Shown: positions 58,455-64,000 of the stretch, piece by piece
Layout of the letters: every line of letters begins with the position of its first letter
Numbering within the stretch: position 1 is the first letter of the stretch
Assembly (NCBI GenBank): GCA_964016885.1
Contig: OZ024740.1
Span: 148,800,001-148,864,000, forward strand
Reading direction: 5' to 3'
DNA: 64,000 nucleotides
From: Eledone cirrhosa
Lineage: Eukaryota
The notes under the pieces: model-generated
Database searches by the model: none
Told to the model about the DNA's origin: nothing
Seen by the model: only the letters and a program-made list of their open reading frames with translations
Made by a program: the position numbers and the translations under genes

Positions 58455-58638
58455 TGTTTCTACTTTAGGCACAAGGCCAGCAATTAACCAGTACATTACT
58501 GGTACTTTATTTTATCGATCCCGTAAGGATGAAAAGCAAAGTTAACCTCGGTGGGATTTGAACTCAGACTGTAAAGGGACGTAACTATGCTAGAAAACAT
58601 GGCGTCCAACCCTCTACCGATACTGCCAATTCACCACC
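58455..58638 (-). mobile_element. SINE family A
   Basis: 14-bp TSD CCTAAATCAATAAT at 58441-58454/58639-58652. Confidence 0.92.
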
Positions 58639-59467
58639 CCTAAATCAATAATACTATCTGCTTATAAAATATAAGCTTTTGGTACAATGATCGAACAAGG
58701 CATCGCTTTCTCAACGGGTTTTTGTTCTTCTTGTGCCAGAATCTCGCTGTTAATGAAAGCACTTGCGAGATTCTAAGGGGAGAAAACCCCTATTTTGGCC
58801 AGTGAATTCATATATATATATATATATATATCCCATATACACACATATATATTTTATACATACATACACACACATATATACATACACACACACGCACATA
58901 CATATACATACATATACACATATACAAATATATATATATATTCCCCACACATTTTATATACACATAGATACGTACATATATATATATTTTCCATATAAAC
59001 ACATTTTATACCTCCTACATATATGTATACTACACATATATACATATAAATATATTATACATATATACACACACATATACACATACATATATATCTATCT
59101 CACACATACGCACGTGCATACAAACATACATACATACATAAATATACACACACACATATGCACACATACACATAAACATGTACACATATATCTGTACACC
59201 TACAGGCACATATATAAAAAAAAACCACATCTATACATACATATATCTATACACACATCCACTCAAGTGTTTAAGTTCATATATACATTGGTGTGGGGAA
59301 GGGGAAATTAATGAAATGTTATTGTACATCTGAGGGTTTTTCTTCCCTTCAGCGATCGAATGTGTGAAAGTAAGGGTGTCATCAGCTATTTTTCTTTTTC
59401 AATATGAGATTTTTTTAAAGAAAAGAGTGGGGGAGAATCCCGTTGTTTGTGTGTGTGTGTGTGTGTG

Positions 59468-59543
<76 letters not shown>

Positions 59544-60644
59544 TTATGTATACTTTAATTCCTCAGGACCTTCATCATCATCATCAACACTCATTAACAC
59601 CGCACGCCACAACCCAGACTCATCCAAATCTCTCTCTTATATATAGTCACACATTTCAACACAACCTGATCTCAGTTTGACAATCGCCACAGACAGACGA
59701 ATGGGAGAAAGTTCTCCAGCCCAAGTTAACCAGGAATCTCTAAAATTCTTCCCACCGAAGTTAACAAAGAACTTACTGGATCTACCAACTCATAATATTA
59801 TATTATTATATTATAACATTAAATCATAACATTTTTTAACACTACAAGTGAAGTCATTCTTTTCCTTTTTTTCAAATATATATATCTACAGATACATACT
59901 CATACACACATCTACATGTTTATATACATACACATACTCACATGTACATTCCTAGATATGTTTGCTTGTATATTTACACATATTTCTACATGTACAGACA
60001 GAACAGAGATCATTCAATAAAAACTCTAACTGCATATATCACCAAACATTACGACACCTATCAGAAAATGAAGAAAAAAAACAAGAGAATGCGAAATAAC
60101 CGATAGACCACATGCTGAGTAGCCATAGCCCAGTCAGAAACTAGAAAATTCTTAAAGATTACAATAACCAATCAGAAAACTAATACATATACTACTAAAA
60201 CCTAACATAGAGAAAATCCATATGCCGAACTACTTCACTATGGGATGGATGTGCATGTCTACCGGCATATCAAATGACTGCATAACTGCACCAATGATTG
60301 CGTAAGAATCTGATAAAGTCTCATGAATAACCATGTTACAGAAATATGTATAATGCAATAAAAAATTATGGTGATTTAACCTAGCAAATATTTTTCATCA
60401 TTTCTAATGCAAGCTTGGTATAAAATTTATACTTTTATTCTGTAAATTTCAGAAAATCATTAAGGCATATTCCAAGAGAAGAAACAAAATTTATAATAAT
60501 TGATGATATATATATATATATATATCCAAAATTAAGATAAATTAAATGAATTTAATCCAAATCGAAATTGTGGGTGTCATGCCATAACGGCATGCGCCAT
60601 ATCGCCTGGAAATATATAGGATATATAATATATATATATATAAT

Positions 60645-60783
60645 ATAATTGTTTCTACTTTAGGCACAAGGCCAGCAATTCACAGTGCATTACTGGTACT
60701 TTATTTTATCGACCCCGTAAGGATGAAAGGCAAAGTCAACCTCGGCTGGATTTGAACTCAGATCGTAAAGGGACGTAACTATG
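60645..60783 (-). mobile_element. SINE family A, head truncated
   Basis: Same tail and central domain as the other copies. Abuts a PLE remnant. Confidence 0.88.
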
Positions 60784-61560
60784 GCGGATAAGCAACAGAT
60801 TGCAGCAAGGGTAGCGACAGACATTCTAGCACGGTGGAATACCAAAGAGTACTCAACGAAAATGGCTACCCTACTTATCTCATTAAACACAAAAATGCCA
60901 AAGCAACAGCACGTAAAAGAACAAGGACAAGTGTCCTTAAGGATGACATATGCTACCTAAAGCTTCACATTTTAATGCCACCAGACAAGCAATTCGTAAG
61001 GAAGGACTGAATATACGGCTGGCACACTCGGGACCTTCATTGAAAGACTGCTTCACAGACACCGCCCCACATACATCGATATACACAGACTTTTCAATTG
61101 TCCCGTCAACAACGCATACTTATGCACGAAAGCATATGTGGTCTATAAGATAACGTGTAAAACGTGTAGCTCCACATTCATCGGAAGTACTATAAGATGA
61201 ATACCCATACGAATCAAGAAACACGTGACAATCAGAGCCTCCTCCGTTAAAAACATTTTGACAGATGTCGCAGCCAACACATTGAGGTCACCTTAGAAAC
61301 GACTTAAAGGAATATCGGAAATGTATAGATTAAAGAAGCCATTTTCATCACCCGAATAATACAGAGATAAAAAATAGGTCAGAAATGCACGATGCAGAAT
61401 GGTTACTGAACGGATTCCGCGGATGCGCATGCGTTTTGCAAGCACAGAACAGTTCGGGAAGAAAACTTTCCTGTACATAGGAAATCATAAGAGGTTTTGA
61501 AACGTCGCATTCTTAACAAGTTTGAGGCTTTGAATCATTTTGTTTGGGTGTGGAATGGTG
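60784..61560 (+). mobile_element. Degenerate PLE 3' fragment
   Basis: ..VLNENGYP.. and VVYKITCKTCSSTFIGSTIR*IPIRIKKH (GIY-YIG). Confidence 0.75.
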
Positions 61561-61684
61561 TTTCTACGAAATGCGTAATGATTGACTCTTTGTGTTATTG
61601 AAAGTGGCTAAGAGCATTGCAGGTTGTTACGATGGTCTTTCTTCGTGGCGATAGTGTGATATATATATATATATATATATATAA

Positions 61685-61868
61685 AGAAGGAAGTGTGGTA
61701 AGGAACCAGGTGGACGATAACGCACCAGAATACTCAATACTTAGGGTTGTAGAGTGGGTAATAGGAAAATGTTCAAGACCCCGACGGCAGAGCTCAAGCC
61801 GTTTCGACGGCTAAATAGCCGCCGAAACGGCTTGAGCTCTGCCGTCGGGGTCTTGAACATTTCCCTAT
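61685..61868 (-). repeat. PLE-like terminal repeat with hammerhead 3' half and 53-bp fold-back
   Basis: Arms 61761-61813/61816-61868. GAAA-CGGC(TTGAGCTCT)GCCG-TC^GGGGTC. Body homologous to 57918-58015. Confidence 0.8.
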
Positions 61869-62329
61869 ATATATATATATATATATATATTCAAATGAAA
61901 AACATTTCTATATCCAGTTCGTTTTCACCATTTCTAATTTCTACTTATATTTCGGTTCAAACATTTAAACTTCTCCTCTGACATGTAAAAAATTTATAAT
62001 TGAATGAAGGAAATTGAATCTGTCATGTTTCCCGTTATAAATATATTATGCATTCAATAATAAATACCGGACATTTACTGGAGTCGATTCAGTCGACACA
62101 TTGGTAATTAAACAAATAACGAAATATAGGGATATTATTTATTTGAGAATAATAGAGACAAGTAAATATCTTGAGTAGCAATTGATTAAAATACATGCTA
62201 AATATTTCAATTCATATTTGTATTATGAAATATGCTAATACATTTGATATTTTACATTGTTAAAATAAATAAATATTTATCTTCAGAAAATCATCTCCTT
62301 ACTATATTTTTATTTCTTTTAACAGGACT

Positions 62330-62516
62330 ATGGAAGAGGCTCAAACTCAAGAAACTGTTAAATATGACTCTCGAATACGCAAAGCTAATCTTTCTACTGG
62401 AGACGATAAGGAAGATCTCCGTTACGGCTTTGGATGCTTTCGACCAATATGGTTGCAAATGTTCAATAATCCTAAGATTGTTCTTGTTATCCTGTCTTAT
62501 GCCGCATTCGTTCAAG
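62330..62516 (+). CDS. First coding exon of a solute carrier organic anion transporter (SLCO/OATP, 4A1-like)
   Basis: Polypyrimidine acceptor ..TTTTAACAG (62325), ATG at 62330, donor CAAG|GTATGC (phase 1). Peptide YGFGCFRPIWLQMFNNPKIVLVILSYAAFVQG matches the OATP N-terminal/TM1 pattern. Confidence 0.85.
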
Positions 62517-62984
62517 GTATGCTACGTCGGTCTTCAGTAAACAATTATCGATTACATATAAATTTGATCTATATATATATGTGTGTGCGTGTGTGTGTGT
62601 GTGTGTAAATAGTGGTTCTTCCCGTCAATATTTCAACTTTGAGCGGATCTTGGAAAGTATTTTTTTAAATAATACAGCTATAGTTAAATTATAAATTGAT
62701 ACTAAATGTAATCTTTTATATTCTCTATATTACATACTTATTATGAAATATTACTCTCCTCATTCAAGCAAATGATTCAATCATTAAATTATTTTGTTAT
62801 CATTAACAATTCTAGATATTCGTTTAGTTGGAAATAAAAATTGATTAGCTTAAATAGATAAAATCTAAATGTTTCCACTTTAACCCAAATGACAATGCTT
62901 CTTGTTGAATATATTGTGTTACACAGATGCAAGTTCTGGGGCAAGACTTGTGTTTTTACCATAACCACATTTTTATATTTCACC

Positions 62985-64000
62985 AAGACTTTAGACTTTT
63001 CCGGTGGGTATTAACAAGGATATCCCTCCGTAATTGGAAGTCACTCTTGTCTCCATTTTTGAAGAATGGGATTATCACTCCAGATTGCCATTGCTTAGGT
63101 GCCTTTTCAGAGATACAGGCCACCCGGCACACACGAGTCAGCCAGAGAATGCCTCTATTGAAGGCTTTTAACATCTCGGGCCGGATTTCATCTTCCCCAG
63201 CGGCCTTGCCACATTTAAGCGCTTTAACTGCTCAGGTGACCTCAGCCTCCAAGCAACTAGTTACCACTCCAAGATGCACTTCGTGTACATCTAAAAATAC
63301 TGTTGTGATCGGGTTAAGGAGATCAGCAAAGTATTCTTAACACCAAAGTCCTCGCATGTCATAACTTTGGATGCCTCAATTGTCTCTGCTGTGATTGTTC
63401 GTTCCTGCTTGAACCGCAAATGAAAGGACTTATCTCCAAGCCAGGCTTTGTAGGATACTTTCTTTGTTCGGATGGCATCTTTGAACTCTTGATTGAACCA
63501 TGGTGTCCTTCTGCCCTCCGGCGCGACACAGAACTTTTTTCGCCAATCGCATTTAACAGCTGAGGCGGAAACTGTTTGACTGAACAATCTCCACTCTCTC
63601 TACGTCCTCAGTTTGCTTAGGAAATTCTCTGAATTTGGATGCAATAATATCTGCGTACCTAGTCCCGAAATCCTTATCCACCACCGTTTCCCACTATATC
63701 CTGTAGTTCACCCTGTACCTGCCAGTTTTTGGAGCTTCTATAGCTTTAGGTAGTCTCAATTTGCAGATAACTAGATGGTGATCAGTTGATAGTTCAGCCT
63801 CTCACTTAACACGAACATCCAGCACAGAATGGAAGAGATCGGAGACAATGACAAAGTCATTTATTTATCTCTGTCCCTGATTCCCCTTTTACTAAGTATA
63901 TTTATGGATGTCTCTGTGCTGGAAGAATGTGTTCGTAATAGAGAGTCCATTGCTAGAACAGAATTCTAATTCTAATTCTGATGGGTGTAAAGTCAGTCGG
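62985..64000 (-). mobile_element. Degenerate RTE-clade LINE fragment (EN end, linker, RT start)
   Basis: NTFFQHR..KY, SVLDVRV..ELSTDHHLV, RTPWFNQE, GKAAGEDEIRPEMLKA, WQSGVIIPFFKNGD. Confidence 0.85.

Noticed and set aside
58170-58805. Coding-like block around the SINE
   Set aside because: No family motif recognised, and all frames have stops.
61450-61515. HHR-like remnant after the PLE fragment
   Set aside because: Core GGGAAGA and stem I do not fit.

Overview
Eukaryotic (animal) genomic DNA that is very AT-rich and dominated by repeats. The tRNA-derived SINE family resembles those I associate with octopus/cephalopods, which is an inference. About half the window is (TA)n/(TATC)/(TG)n microsatellite, and most ORFs in the track (poly-IY/CV/HT) are translations of it. 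Embedded in the arrays are: 4 young copies of a CR1/L2-group LINE; Penelope-like elements (PLEs), namely two degenerate Naiad-type ORFs and several GIY-YIG 3' fragments; about 12 type-I hammerhead ribozyme (HHR) motifs in PLE-like non-coding termini; about 11 fold-back inverted repeats, including a 2-kb near-perfect palindrome; a near full-length degenerate Tx1/L1-type LINE; RTE remnants; two Helitron-like elements; and 9 tRNA-derived SINEs. The only host coding exon I can support is the first coding exon of an SLCO/OATP transporter (62330-62516). The most notable observation is the 3' end of U6 snRNA (with its 5-U tail) joined, to the nucleotide, at the predicted hammerhead cleavage site of a PLE-like repeat (57796-58015, compared with 61685-61868). 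Other highlights are a U3-A8 covariant hammerhead family and two apparently independent SINE insertions at mirror-image sites of one fold-back. All alignments and folds were done by eye.
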